Assembly (NCBI GenBank): GCA_045641145.1
Contig: JAZUGJ010000073.1
Span: 12,846-76,845, forward strand
Source of the DNA: Paludibacteraceae bacterium
Lineage (GTDB): Bacteria > Bacteroidota > Bacteroidia > Bacteroidales > Paludibacteraceae
Direction: 5' to 3'
Length of the DNA: 64,000 bases
Shown here: positions 30,834 to 39,739 of the stretch, one piece after another
How the letters are laid out: every line of letters starts with the position of its first letter
How positions within the stretch are numbered: position 1 is the stretch's first letter
The notes under the pieces: model-generated
The model's input: only the letters and a program-made list of their open reading frames with translations
What the model was told of the DNA's origin: nothing
Databases searched by the model: none
Translations under genes and position numbers: made by a program

Positions 30834-30878
30834 CAAAAAAATCCGTTCCTACTCTCGCATATAAGAACGGATTTTTTT
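30834..30878. terminator. bidirectional intrinsic terminator
   Basis: AAAAAAA-TCCGTTC-loop-GAACGGA-TTTTTTT. Confidence 0.65.
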
Positions 30879-31006
30879 GTCAATAAGGCTTCCAGCCTGC
30901 TACCGATACGGCTGGCATGGTCGAGTTCTACCCTCTAACCACGGCTAATATATCATATAAAGCGTTTGATGTCAAGATGGATTCTGTTAGCGGGCGAGGG
31001 ATGTTT

Positions 31007-31747
31007 TTAATAGTCAAATTCTTCTGGATGTTCCTGTTCGTAACGGCGTTCGAGATACCCATCCATCTCTTCGTCAAGTAGATTCAATCTTTTCCACTCA
31101 TCGTTGCGGGCTTTCACGACACCAATGGCATCTCGATAGTCTTTTGCAACGGCTTTAAGCTCTGGGTGAGTTTCACTTTTTTCTTCTATCAGAGAAGTCA
31201 ATTTTGCGAAGTCGTCAACGGTATATGTTCTTTTTACACCTAAATCACTCACTCGTATCCCATACGACTTTGAAAGAGTATCAAGTATTTCATTGACTCT
31301 ACTATTCGCAGTGCTACCAGCTTTAATTTTAGTATCTTTCACTTGTCTAATGCAACGGAGAACTGGTTCGATTGCCCCTGTGGAGTGCAAGGAATCATAA
31401 AATGAGTCTCTTTCTTTGTACGCATTTCTCACATCATCCAAACTGCCATTTCGTGCCACCTGACCAACTGGCTCTAAATAAAGTGCTTTTTTTGCAATAT
31501 CCCTTAGTTCTGACGGAACATTTCTTTTGATTGCATCGCCAATAGCTTTCTTATAAGTCGCTTTTACCTCTGCAATATCACGAGCCGCCCCACGGCTCAC
31601 TCCGATTTCTCCACCAGATTTCTTCTTCTCGCCAGCCTTGCGCTTGCCGTTAGCAACACCTTTGTTATATCCCCACTTGCCGCCGTCCTGACGAGCGTCC
31701 AAACGCAGTTGGCGGCGGACATAGTAATTGATAATACTCTGTTTCAT
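31007..31747 (-). CDS. hypothetical protein
   Basis: 246-aa ORF directly downstream of the endolysin, with a basic N-terminus. Confidence 0.5.
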   Translation of the reverse strand: MKQSIINYYVRRQLRLDARQDGGKWGYNKGVANGKRKAGEKKKSGGEIGVSRGAARDIAEVKATYKKAIGDAIKRNVPSELRDIAKKALYLEPVGQVARNGSLDDVRNAYKERDSFYDSLHSTGAIEPVLRCIRQVKDTKIKAGSTANSRVNEILDTLSKSYGIRVSDLGVKRTYTVDDFAKLTSLIEEKSETHPELKAVAKDYRDAIGVVKARNDEWKRLNLLDEEMDGYLERRYEQEHPEEFDY

Positions 31748-31759
31748 GTTTGCACCTCT

Positions 31760-33547
31760 TTACTTTTCTAACATACCCAATCTTCCGAGTACGGTTATAA
31801 ATTCTTCTCTGGTCATAACATCGTGGGGGCGTGTGCCATCAACAACACCGAGAGAAGTTGCTTTATCCCAACTGGGCTTTGCCCATGTGCTGGCTTCTTT
31901 AGTTTCGTTTAAGAAAGCACGATACTTGTTCCCGATTGTAGCAGATTGTTTATTATCAATCTTCTCGGTAAGTTCGTCAATCGTCATGTCCAGTTCCTCC
32001 TTGCTGTTTGTCACAACCTCGTTTTTCGGCTCGACTTTCGGCTCGGTCTTCCCGCTCTGTCTTAACATCTCGGCGGCGACACGAATTTTGAACTTTGCCC
32101 ATTCGCCGTCACTTCCGCTATCGCCGTTCCAGCCGATAATTCCGGGGCAGTTGCCCGTGATGAAAGTTTGTCCGTTCTGGCGCATCATGAACATACCAGT
32201 CGGGACGGTAACGCAGGTAACATCGGTTTTCCGTTCCGTCATCTCTGTATCGTAACGAACGGAGTAGTTACTGCCAGAGTAACGGACGGTATCATAGCTC
32301 CTGTCCGCACTTCCTGTAGCTCCAAGACGGCATCTTTTTCCACGAGTGGCAAATAATGCCTGTACGAAGTCAAGATTGTCCTGCTCACTACTGAAATACA
32401 TACTGCCCTCGACACTTCCGTCAGCAAGGAAAATCTCATCGAAAAACGCATTGAACTGCTCCTCGTTCATCTCGAACAGATTCCAAGAAAAGCGTTTGTC
32501 GGTAAGCCACTTCTCGCATTCTTGACAATGGCGAACTCCCCAGACACGGATAAAGGTACTGCCGTCCTTTTCGTAAGGAACGACATCGTACTTCAACTCA
32601 AGTGCTTTCAGTATCTCGATAACACGGTCTATCTTGCGTTGCTTCTTGAAGTGGAACTCAATACCTGTAGGGTTCTTTGCATCTTTAGAGCCGATGTAGT
32701 GACCGTCAGCTTGCACCCACACCAGAAAACGCAGATAGTCGATTGATAATGGCAATCCAGCCCCGTCATAGTCGCCAGTTACTTTGAGTTCGTAACTGGT
32801 TTTCTTTCCGAGCATATCGCCCCAATCCTTTATTTTCCACGGGGCGTTTGAGCCATCGGTAGCACGGTACAGAGTTCGATGGTCTTTGGTAGCCTCGTAT
32901 CCCCGCCGTGCGATTACAGTATCCACCCACGGAGTGAGCTTGTCAATGACACGCCCCCATACCACTCTGTCTTTGTCATAATCATAGGTCATAACCTCGT
33001 CCCCGATGCGGATTGCACCGAGGTTTTTCCAGCCGTTTCTGGTCAGCAATTCCGTCTTGTCAATCGGCAACGGCAACTTGCCCGTCACATCGTAATGCCG
33101 ATACAGTTTGTCGATACCAAGATTGTGCTTCAGCAGAAGATGCGCCGCAAGTTCAACAGCGTTCTGGATAACCGCATTTGTGAAGTAGTAGCTACTATCA
33201 TTCGGAGCGGTCATCTTGTGGATAAGATTGCTACTGCACATCTCAACGCTGATGCTGTTGTTGTTCTTGATAACTCCGTACATAGAACCGCCACGGGTAT
33301 AGTACTTCGAGCCGCCAACCGCACCTGTGTACACATTATCATTAGGCGAGTACCGCCAGATACTGCCGTCATCCACTACATAATCAGCAGATGCTTTTTC
33401 CTTTGAGGCGTTCCACATAGCACAGACATTATACGCCACGCCCTTTTTGGACTGCGTTCCTGCTGTGTAGTGCATCACAACATATTTGATGTTGCCGCTT
33501 CGATTCCATATTTTGTTTGCACCAGAAAATTGGTTAATCGGCAACAT
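31760..33547 (-). CDS. endolysin: N-acetylmuramoyl-L-alanine amidase (Amidase_2/PGRP type) interrupted by an intein, with a C-terminal SLH-like wall-binding repeat
   Basis: N-terminal amidase motifs (YVVMHYTAG, SVEMC, RHYDVTGK) resume at CPGIIGW after about 309 aa. The C-terminal WAKPSWDKATSLGVVDG..MTREEFITVLGRL is SLH-like. Confidence 0.85.
   Translation of the reverse strand: MLPINQFSGANKIWNRSGNIKYVVMHYTAGTQSKKGVAYNVCAMWNASKEKASADYVVDDGSIWRYSPNDNVYTGAVGGSKYYTRGGSMYGVIKNNNSISVEMCSSNLIHKMTAPNDSSYYFTNAVIQNAVELAAHLLLKHNLGIDKLYRHYDVTGKLPLPIDKTELLTRNGWKNLGAIRIGDEVMTYDYDKDRVVWGRVIDKLTPWVDTVIARRGYEATKDHRTLYRATDGSNAPWKIKDWGDMLGKKTSYELKVTGDYDGAGLPLSIDYLRFLVWVQADGHYIGSKDAKNPTGIEFHFKKQRKIDRVIEILKALELKYDVVPYEKDGSTFIRVWGVRHCQECEKWLTDKRFSWNLFEMNEEQFNAFFDEIFLADGSVEGSMYFSSEQDNLDFVQALFATRGKRCRLGATGSADRSYDTVRYSGSNYSVRYDTEMTERKTDVTCVTVPTGMFMMRQNGQTFITGNCPGIIGWNGDSGSDGEWAKFKIRVAAEMLRQSGKTEPKVEPKNEVVTNSKEELDMTIDELTEKIDNKQSATIGNKYRAFLNETKEASTWAKPSWDKATSLGVVDGTRPHDVMTREEFITVLGRLGMLEK
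32150..33076 (-). mobile_element. intein with a LAGLIDADG homing-endonuclease domain inside the endolysin
   Basis: Spans residues about 158-466. Block A-like IDKTELLTRNGWKNLGAIRIGDEV, block B TKDH, two LAGLIDADG-type motifs (LVWVQADGHY and IFLADGSVEG), block F/G DVTCVTVPTGMFMMRQNGQTFITGN, then extein CPG. The boundaries are approximate. Confidence 0.7.
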
Positions 33548-33591
33548 AAAACCACCCCCTATAAATAAATTTACTTTTTTCTAAAAAACTC

Positions 33592-33620
33592 TTGACATAA
33601 TAACAACCATATGGTACTAT
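33592..33620 (+). promoter_or_regulatory. sigma70-type promoter with extended -10 driving a solitary repeat
   Basis: AAAAAACTC-TTGACA (33592-33597), 17 nt, TGGTACTAT (-10 at 33615-33620). It lies on the strand opposite the flanking late genes. Confidence 0.7.
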
Positions 33621-33658
33621 GTATGTACCGCAAAAAACCACACGGTTTTTCTAATCGT

Positions 33659-33691
33659 GTCGCACCCCGCATAGGGTGCGTGGATTAAAAC
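33659..33691 (+). repeat. solitary type I-C-like CRISPR repeat, plus orientation
   Basis: GTCGCACCCCGCATAGGGTGCGTGGATTAAAAC. A full-consensus repeat about 32 nt after the predicted TSS. Confidence 0.9.
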
Positions 33692-33699
33692 TGTGAGCC

Positions 33700-33724
33700 T
33701 TGTGCGGGGCGTGTGGCTTAAAAG
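33700..33724 (+). repeat. partial second repeat (3' half only)
   Basis: TTGTGCGGGGCGTGTGGCTTAAAAG lies 8 nt after the full repeat and resembles ...GGGTGCGTGGATTAAAAC. Confidence 0.4.
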
Positions 33725-33730
33725 AAAAAA

Positions 33731-33765
33731 GCGAGGGGAACGGTGAACCCCTCGCTTTTCTTTTC
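33731..33765 (+). terminator. intrinsic terminator
   Basis: GCGAGGGG-loop-CCCCTCGC followed by TTTTCTTTTCT. Confidence 0.7.
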
Positions 33766-33786
33766 TCAACTAACGATTACCAGAAA

Positions 33787-33990
33787 TTAAGAGAACAGGT
33801 CAGCCAGAGTCTTTTTCTTGTCCAACTGATAACCACGCATGATTTTACGCCACTCGTTGTATTCTTTGGAGTAGTCCTGCCAACCGTTCTGGATAGCGAA
33901 CTGCAAAGAAGCGGAATCGGCATCAATACCCAGCTTGTTGCCCAGAGCGGCGATACCTTTTCTGTTCTGATAGAAACGATTCTCGGTCAT
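33787..33990 (-). CDS. hypothetical protein
   Basis: 67-aa ORF between the holin and the endolysin. Confidence 0.45.
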   Translation of the reverse strand: MTENRFYQNRKGIAALGNKLGIDADSASLQFAIQNGWQDYSKEYNEWRKIMRGYQLDKKKTLADLFS

Positions 33991-34074
33991 AACAAAGCCC
34001 CTTTCCCGCCAGATGGCGTATTTTTATAAATCATACACAAAGCGGTAAAGCCATGTAATGAAAATAAATGATTT

Positions 34075-34275
34075 TTATTTTTCGGCACTCTCAACCTCTG
34101 GCAGACCGCCGAGGGAAGTGAGGAGTGACAGAACCGCCGCAAGGGCGGCAGAGCCAACGACCACTTGCCAATCGACTGCGGTGATGGTAACGCCCGCAGG
34201 AAGCAGAGCCGCCGCAGTCTGACAGAAAGTCTTGACGGCACGGATAAGAGCCGCCTTAAACCAAATCATCGTCAT
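34075..34275 (-). CDS. putative holin
   Basis: 66 aa. RAVKTFCQTAAALLPAG plus a second hydrophobic helix and a charged C-terminus. It lies next to the endolysin. Confidence 0.55.
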   Translation of the reverse strand: MTMIWFKAALIRAVKTFCQTAAALLPAGVTITAVDWQVVVGSAALAAVLSLLTSLGGLPEVESAEK

Positions 34276-35212
34276 CTAACACCATTCCTTTCCTTTGCAT
34301 GAAGTATGTAGCTTTTTCACGAGGGATATAATGCCATCTGCATTGCCAGTACTTATCCCCGCTCTCAAGAGCGTCCTTTATCCCCATTACGGATACCTTG
34401 TTTGTGGCAATGCGTTCTGGGGAACTGCAAACAACACAGATGATATGCGTGTCCTCGTCCACGCCCACTATCCATTCCGACCTATCGCAGGGGGCATAAA
34501 AATTGCGGAATGTATCATCATCAAACCCGAAGATTATCCATCGGCACAGACTTGGGAACATATTGACAAGGAACTCGAAATCGGTGCTGGTCATAATCAT
34601 ATAGTCCTTTTTGTTATCATCTTTCTTGAAGTTGCTTTTCGCAAGAACTTCTTTCGTGATGTTTCGCCCGATTGCTTTACTCGCTTCTTCTTGCGTTCTG
34701 TACGCTCCAAAGAACCGCATATTCTCGTCAAGTGCTATTATCGAGTCCGTTACCTTTCGATGTTTATCAAACAGGTCTGACATCTCCAAGTACTGCTTTC
34801 TCCATTCTTCATGGAATGCAACGAAGTCAAAATTCTCAAGCATCGTGAATGCAAGGAAACGATTCTTGGAAGTTATCTTTCTGCATCCAATTTTTTCCAA
34901 AGCCTCTGGGTAAGAACGGAAAAATGAGATGAACCCGTTCCCGTGCAACACAATCGGTTTCAGCTTCGGGTACTTCGGCGGTTTGCCAATATCTTCCAGT
35001 TTGAATGCCTGTTTGAAAATCAGCATCCCCTCGAAGTCTACCGTTCCGCACCGCTCAAGTTGAGAAGCAAGGCGATACTTCATGCTAACCTTTTCTGGAA
35101 AGCACTCGGAAAGAAAGTCATGCAAGTTCTCATATAGTTTCGGCTTGCGAGAACCATCTCTCGGAACGGCGATAACCTGTGTATTGAAACGGGAACATCT
35201 CACTTTTTCCAT
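34256..35212 (-). CDS. hypothetical protein with repeated NUMOD-like DNA-binding modules
   Basis: The start is uncertain (ATG 35212 or 35257). Three similar modules recur: FFRSYPEALEKIGCRKI, FGAYRTQEEASKAIGRNI and VVCSSPERIATNKVSV. They are reminiscent of homing-endonuclease DNA-binding repeats. No catalytic motif was seen. Confidence 0.4.
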   Translation of the reverse strand: MEKVRCSRFNTQVIAVPRDGSRKPKLYENLHDFLSECFPEKVSMKYRLASQLERCGTVDFEGMLIFKQAFKLEDIGKPPKYPKLKPIVLHGNGFISFFRSYPEALEKIGCRKITSKNRFLAFTMLENFDFVAFHEEWRKQYLEMSDLFDKHRKVTDSIIALDENMRFFGAYRTQEEASKAIGRNITKEVLAKSNFKKDDNKKDYMIMTSTDFEFLVNMFPSLCRWIIFGFDDDTFRNFYAPCDRSEWIVGVDEDTHIICVVCSSPERIATNKVSVMGIKDALESGDKYWQCRWHYIPREKATYFMQRKGMVLDDDDLV

Positions 35213-35216
35213 AACT

Positions 35217-35516
35217 TTAGTCTGCCTTTTCCAAATCTCCGATACGGTTGTTAGCAACCTTTATCTTCTCTGAATGAAGTTCAATCTCCTGCTCCACTCT
35301 GTACATTCTTTCCACGAGATTGTTATGCTTTTCAACACGCTTTGACAGTTCCTCAATCTTGTAAGACATCATGTCCGTTGCGTTTTTCATTGAGTTGACA
35401 ACGCTATCGTTCTGTGCTTTTGCCTGTATCTGGCAAACAACAAGTGCAACAACAGCACTAATGATGGAACAGAAGATAGTAGTGCCGTTGTCAAGAATAG
35501 CTACCAGAGTTTCCAT
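35217..35516 (-). CDS. membrane-anchored coiled-coil protein (lysis-cassette associated)
   Basis: 99 aa with an N-terminal TM helix (FCSIISAVVALVVC) followed by a coiled coil. Confidence 0.5.
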   Translation of the reverse strand: METLVAILDNGTTIFCSIISAVVALVVCQIQAKAQNDSVVNSMKNATDMMSYKIEELSKRVEKHNNLVERMYRVEQEIELHSEKIKVANNRIGDLEKAD

Positions 35517-35554
35517 TCAGCAGTCCCCCTTATATGAAGCCGTTTTCTTTTGTC

Positions 35555-36151
35555 TTATTCAGCGATGGGTTGCATTGAAAGCGTATAGAAGCCATCGTCC
35601 TCGCTGTTCACGCTGACGCTTGCCTTGTACGCTTCCTGCTTTGTTGCCAGCCCGCTTGTGTCCGTACCAGAGTAAGAACCGCCCAGAGCGTCCCATGCGC
35701 TTCCGTCCCAAGCATAGTTCATGCCATCGGAAAGCAGATTGATAATGTCGCCTGTGCGCAGAGCTTTGAAGCCTGTTCCGCTTGTGGTCTGCGCCTCGAC
35801 AGTACCGTCATCTCCGATTTTGTAATACTTGTCAGTTGCGGTAATCTTATCCAGTTCGTCCTTGTCCTTGACAGAACCAACAAACTGATACGCAGAAGCA
35901 AGGCGACCAGCGACATTCATAGCTTCCTCGGCATTGTGCTGTGCCATTGAAACCGTGGCGGTCAAACCAGAAACAGTATCCTCGATACTGCCCAAGCTAT
36001 ATGCCACATCTGCCATGTCGGTGGTCAGAGCGTTTCTCAAAGCATAGTCAACAACATCATAAGAAGTGCCGTTGATAGTCAGTTGAGAAACCTTTTTGAA
36101 CTCCTGCCCTTTGTTTGCGGGTTCTGTCATCTGTGTGAATTTCTTTGCCAT
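35555..36151 (-). CDS. fibre-family protein, tandem paralog 1
   Basis: N-terminal VSQLTINGTSYDVVDYALR. The core is YQFVGSVKDKDELDKITATDKYYKI ... DGMNYAWDGSAWDALG. Confidence 0.6.
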   Translation of the reverse strand: MAKKFTQMTEPANKGQEFKKVSQLTINGTSYDVVDYALRNALTTDMADVAYSLGSIEDTVSGLTATVSMAQHNAEEAMNVAGRLASAYQFVGSVKDKDELDKITATDKYYKIGDDGTVEAQTTSGTGFKALRTGDIINLLSDGMNYAWDGSAWDALGGSYSGTDTSGLATKQEAYKASVSVNSEDDGFYTLSMQPIAE

Positions 36152-36213
36152 ATCTATCTTCCCCTTTTTTGTATTTAATAACAGTTACCTGTTATCAGCA
36201 AAATTTATTAAGA

Positions 36214-37251
36214 TTAGGCAAGGGTGGTCAGTTTCAGAGTGCCGGGTTCAGTAGCGGTAGAATTGGCGACAAACTCCGCCTTGTAAGCGGCAGTAGTTCT
36301 TGCCACGGTGGAATCAACGGAAACGCCAGCAGTACCAGCCGTAATGCCGCCATTTGTCGCAGGCTTAACATGAATACCATTAGTGTCAACGGTAATGCCA
36401 TTGCCAGCCTTTGCTCCAACGCCGTTGCTATCAACGGTGATACCGTTGTAAGCCTTGACAGCAATGGTGTCGGTGCTTGTGCCACCCATCTCAACACCAT
36501 TACCAATCTTAACTCCGCCCAGAGTAGAAGCAGTAGCCTTTGGCAGAGAGAATGAAACGCCCAGAGCGTCCCAGCTTGAACCGTTCCATGCGTAGTTCAT
36601 TCCGTCTGACTCAGAAGAAGTACTCTTCCAAACATTGACCACAGCACCGACTTTCAGTGCGTTGCCAGAACCAGAAGTAACAACACCAGAGGCGATTGAA
36701 TACTTTGTGCCTGTGGTGGTCATCTTGTTCATTTCGGTTGTGGACTTAACAGAACCGAAGTAGTAGTAGAACTCTGCCATCTCGCCACGGAGTGTGGTAG
36801 CAATTCCATCCACGGAGTCCTTAACCAGTTTGGGAGTGGCGGCGGTGGTTTCGGAAGTGCCAGCGGTGCTTGACAGTTGGACAACGCCCTTTGCGGTTTT
36901 AGAACCCTCGGCAATGGTAGCCACGCCGTTTGACAGAACGGAAGTAGTGCCAACCTTGACATCCGTAACAGCATTGACTTCAGCAGTACCAGAAGCGTTC
37001 ACAACGGAAGTGCCGTTGACAGTAACATCCTTAACAGGAATAGACGGGATAGCGGCATTCAGACTTGACAGGTCGTCCTTAATCTTACCGAGGTCTGTAT
37101 TAACAGCGGTACGCAGGGCGGCGTCAACGATTTCGTAGTTGTTTGAGCCGATAGTAACCTGTGAGATACGACCAGCAACACCAGTTCCCAGAGCGGTCTG
37201 GGTAGTGCTTGTCTTGGGAGTAGTAACGCTTGAGTAAGTAATAGTAGCCAT
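36214..37251 (-). CDS. fibre-family protein, tandem paralog 2
   Basis: ISQVTIGSNNYEIVDAALR; FYYYFGSVKSTTEMNKMTTTGTKYSI; DGMNYAWNGSSWDALG. Confidence 0.6.
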   Translation of the reverse strand: MATITYSSVTTPKTSTTQTALGTGVAGRISQVTIGSNNYEIVDAALRTAVNTDLGKIKDDLSSLNAAIPSIPVKDVTVNGTSVVNASGTAEVNAVTDVKVGTTSVLSNGVATIAEGSKTAKGVVQLSSTAGTSETTAATPKLVKDSVDGIATTLRGEMAEFYYYFGSVKSTTEMNKMTTTGTKYSIASGVVTSGSGNALKVGAVVNVWKSTSSESDGMNYAWNGSSWDALGVSFSLPKATASTLGGVKIGNGVEMGGTSTDTIAVKAYNGITVDSNGVGAKAGNGITVDTNGIHVKPATNGGITAGTAGVSVDSTVARTTAAYKAEFVANSTATEPGTLKLTTLA

Positions 37252-37325
37252 AGTAATCGCTCCTTTGATAATAAATTAAGCAGAGCAGGATTGCTCCCGC
37301 CCTGCTTTAATTAACCGGGTTAAAA

Positions 37326-38213
37326 TTAAGCGGTAGTAACCAGTTGCAGGTTCAGAGCCAGATTAGAGGCATCGTAAGAAGCCTTGTAAGCACTTTCCAG
37401 TTCAGAAACCTGTGTGCTGGTCATGAAGCCGTTGTTGGCGTTGGTGGCGGCGGCAATGGTAGTACCCAGAGCATCCCACTTTGCGCCGTTCCAGACATAG
37501 TTCATACCATCGGCAGTACCGTCAATGTTGTTTTTGACATTGATAACATTGCCGACAGCCAGCTTTTCAGAACCACTTCCGAAAGTCAGGGTATCGCCAG
37601 ACTTGGAGTAGGCTTGGTCAGTAGCAGAGCCAGTGGGCAGAGTCTCGACAGAGCCGATGTAGATGAAAGCGGCAGAAGTAGCAGTCTTCAGATTGGCAAT
37701 AGCATCGCTATTAGCCTTGATAGCACCGTACACAGTATCCTGTGTTGCGGCATCGCCCTTTGTACCGATAGCGGTGTTGATGCTGGTGATACCATTAGCG
37801 TTGGTAGCAATAGCACCGTAAACGGTAGCAGTACCAGCGGTATCAGCAGAAGTACCGATGGCATCGGTATTAGCCTTGATAGCACCATAGACGGTATCGC
37901 CAGCAGTACCCTTTGTACCAATAGCGGTGTTCACATCCTCGGTATGCTTCTTGATAGCACCATAGACGGTAGAAGCAGAAGATGCATCAGCGGCAGTACC
38001 GATAGCGGCGGTGTTAGCGGCGGTCTCGGTGTTGATAGCAGTCAAGTCTGAAGCGACCTCACCCAGATAGGTGTTGATGGCAGTGACGCTTTCACGAGCG
38101 GTAGCATCGTTGATGGCATAGGTATTAGCACCAATCTTAACATTGGAAACTGTACCTGTGGCATCCTTTGCGGCGGCAACCAGAGATGTGCGTGTTGTGG
38201 TAATTGTAGCCAT
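37326..38213 (-). CDS. fibre-family protein, tandem paralog 3
   Basis: VSNVKIGANTYAINDATAR. Four tandem TVYGAIKANTDAIGT-like repeats. DGMNYVWNGAKWDALG. Confidence 0.6.
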   Translation of the reverse strand: MATITTTRTSLVAAAKDATGTVSNVKIGANTYAINDATARESVTAINTYLGEVASDLTAINTETAANTAAIGTAADASSASTVYGAIKKHTEDVNTAIGTKGTAGDTVYGAIKANTDAIGTSADTAGTATVYGAIATNANGITSINTAIGTKGDAATQDTVYGAIKANSDAIANLKTATSAAFIYIGSVETLPTGSATDQAYSKSGDTLTFGSGSEKLAVGNVINVKNNIDGTADGMNYVWNGAKWDALGTTIAAATNANNGFMTSTQVSELESAYKASYDASNLALNLQLVTTA

Positions 38214-38265
38214 TAGACAATCATCCTTTCAAAGTATTTATATTATAAAGGCATTGCCTTTATTT

Positions 38266-38571
38266 TCAAAATTCACCAATCGCTGTCAGAGTAAGACAAA
38301 GATTGCTGGCTTCGTAAGTCGCCTCATACGCATTAGCGACCTTTTCCTTTATCGTTGTGATAGAAGATGTATTTGTCGATGTCTCCGTGTTGATAGCACC
38401 AATATCATTCGTTACCTCGCCGAGATAAGTATTGATAGCGGTGATGCTCGTTCTGGAAACAGCATCGTTCACATCGTAGTCAACAGTACCTACTCTGATT
38501 TTTTTGACGGTGTTCTCTGCGGCTACAGGAGCATCCGTCAAAACCGTTCTTGTTTCTGTTGTTTCTGCCAT
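38266..38571 (-). CDS. short fibre-family protein (N-terminal module only)
   Basis: Start at ATG 38571. VKKIRVGTVDYDVNDAVSR is followed by a short coiled region, and the DGMNY module is absent. Confidence 0.5.
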   Translation of the reverse strand: MAETTETRTVLTDAPVAAENTVKKIRVGTVDYDVNDAVSRTSITAINTYLGEVTNDIGAINTETSTNTSSITTIKEKVANAYEATYEASNLCLTLTAIGEF

Positions 38572-38728
38572 AAGAAAAACCGCCCTTTCTTCAAGATTTA
38601 ACCCTACAATAACATTTGCGTATATGTGTTTCAATGCCGTTTACTTCATTCAGTTATTGTGTTTTTGACAATAAAAAAACGGAGGGAGGAAGTTTCCCTC
38701 CCCCCTCCGTTAAGTCAGGTTCTCTTAA

Positions 38729-39622
38729 TTACAGAGTAGCGTAGTCACCAGAAATCAGGTTGGTGGCGGTGAAAATCAGAGTCTCGGAAGTAACCTCGGC
38801 GGTCACATTGTAAGCATTCTTCAGCTCGGTCAGGTCGCTCTTGTCCTCGGCGGTCATCAGACCATTAACGCCGCCATTGTCATACTCGACATCAGAGCTA
38901 AGACCCTCATCCAGCTCGGACAGAGAACAATCGTTATCGAGATTGGTCTTTGTTCCACCAGCGGCCATAGCACTTGCAAAGACAGCACCCAGAGCATCCC
39001 AGCTTGAGCCAGTCCAAGCATAGTTCATGCCAAACTTATCTTCCTCGCCGCTTTCAACGGTCTCGGAAGTCACATTGACAACAGTGCCGGGTTCGAGTTT
39101 GAACACGCCACCAACGCCAGCTTCAGCACCCTCGTCAGCGGGAATGAAGCCGATGTAACCATCAACACCGCCCTCACCCTCGATTTCGCCGATGGTGTAC
39201 AGTGCGCCGTCTTCCAGTTCATCAGCGATACCCTGCTCATCGACAGTACCACGGAAAACATAAGCACCAGAGATGCTCTCGTTAATCTTGGTCTCCAGAG
39301 CATTGATAGCTTCCTCGGCGATGTGCAGGTCTTCGCCCATGTTGTTCAGTTCGCTATCAATGGCATCCATAACGGAAGAGGACAGAACGCCAGACTCCTC
39401 GTCCTCTTCGATGCCCATGAAGTTGCGGATTTGAGCGTCAACCAGCTCGTAGTCCAGACCGTTGGCACGAATCTTGGAAATGACCTGTCCTTGGACAACC
39501 TGTGCAACATCGTTAGGAGTGCTGTCGAAAGCACCAGAGGGGTCTCCATCTTCAGGACGGTTGATGGTAGCGGTGAACTCTTCGTTCCATTCAGTAGGAT
39601 TAAAAGCCATAATCACATCCAA
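38729..39622 (-). CDS. fibre-family protein, tandem paralog 5 (acidic)
   Basis: ISKIRANGLDYELVDAQIR; YVFRGTVDEQ...; FGMNYAWTGSSWDALG. The start is ATG 39622 or 39610. Confidence 0.6.
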   Translation of the reverse strand: MDVIMAFNPTEWNEEFTATINRPEDGDPSGAFDSTPNDVAQVVQGQVISKIRANGLDYELVDAQIRNFMGIEEDEESGVLSSSVMDAIDSELNNMGEDLHIAEEAINALETKINESISGAYVFRGTVDEQGIADELEDGALYTIGEIEGEGGVDGYIGFIPADEGAEAGVGGVFKLEPGTVVNVTSETVESGEEDKFGMNYAWTGSSWDALGAVFASAMAAGGTKTNLDNDCSLSELDEGLSSDVEYDNGGVNGLMTAEDKSDLTELKNAYNVTAEVTSETLIFTATNLISGDYATL

Positions 39623-39739
39623 CCTTTCTTAATGAATGATAATGCAACAATTGTAGGGTTGTCGCTTTCCCTTTCCGTTACTGGCCAGTAACTATATTAA
39701 ACCGCACAGCGGCTTAATAATCCTTTTGTCTTTGGGGGA

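Noticed and set aside
30880-30960. Possible tRNA-like or structured RNA (CCAGCC...GGCTGG hairpin) after the 31007 gene.
   Set aside because: I could build no cloverleaf, T-loop (GTTCRANYC) or anticodon-arm pattern. No tRNA is apparent anywhere in the window.
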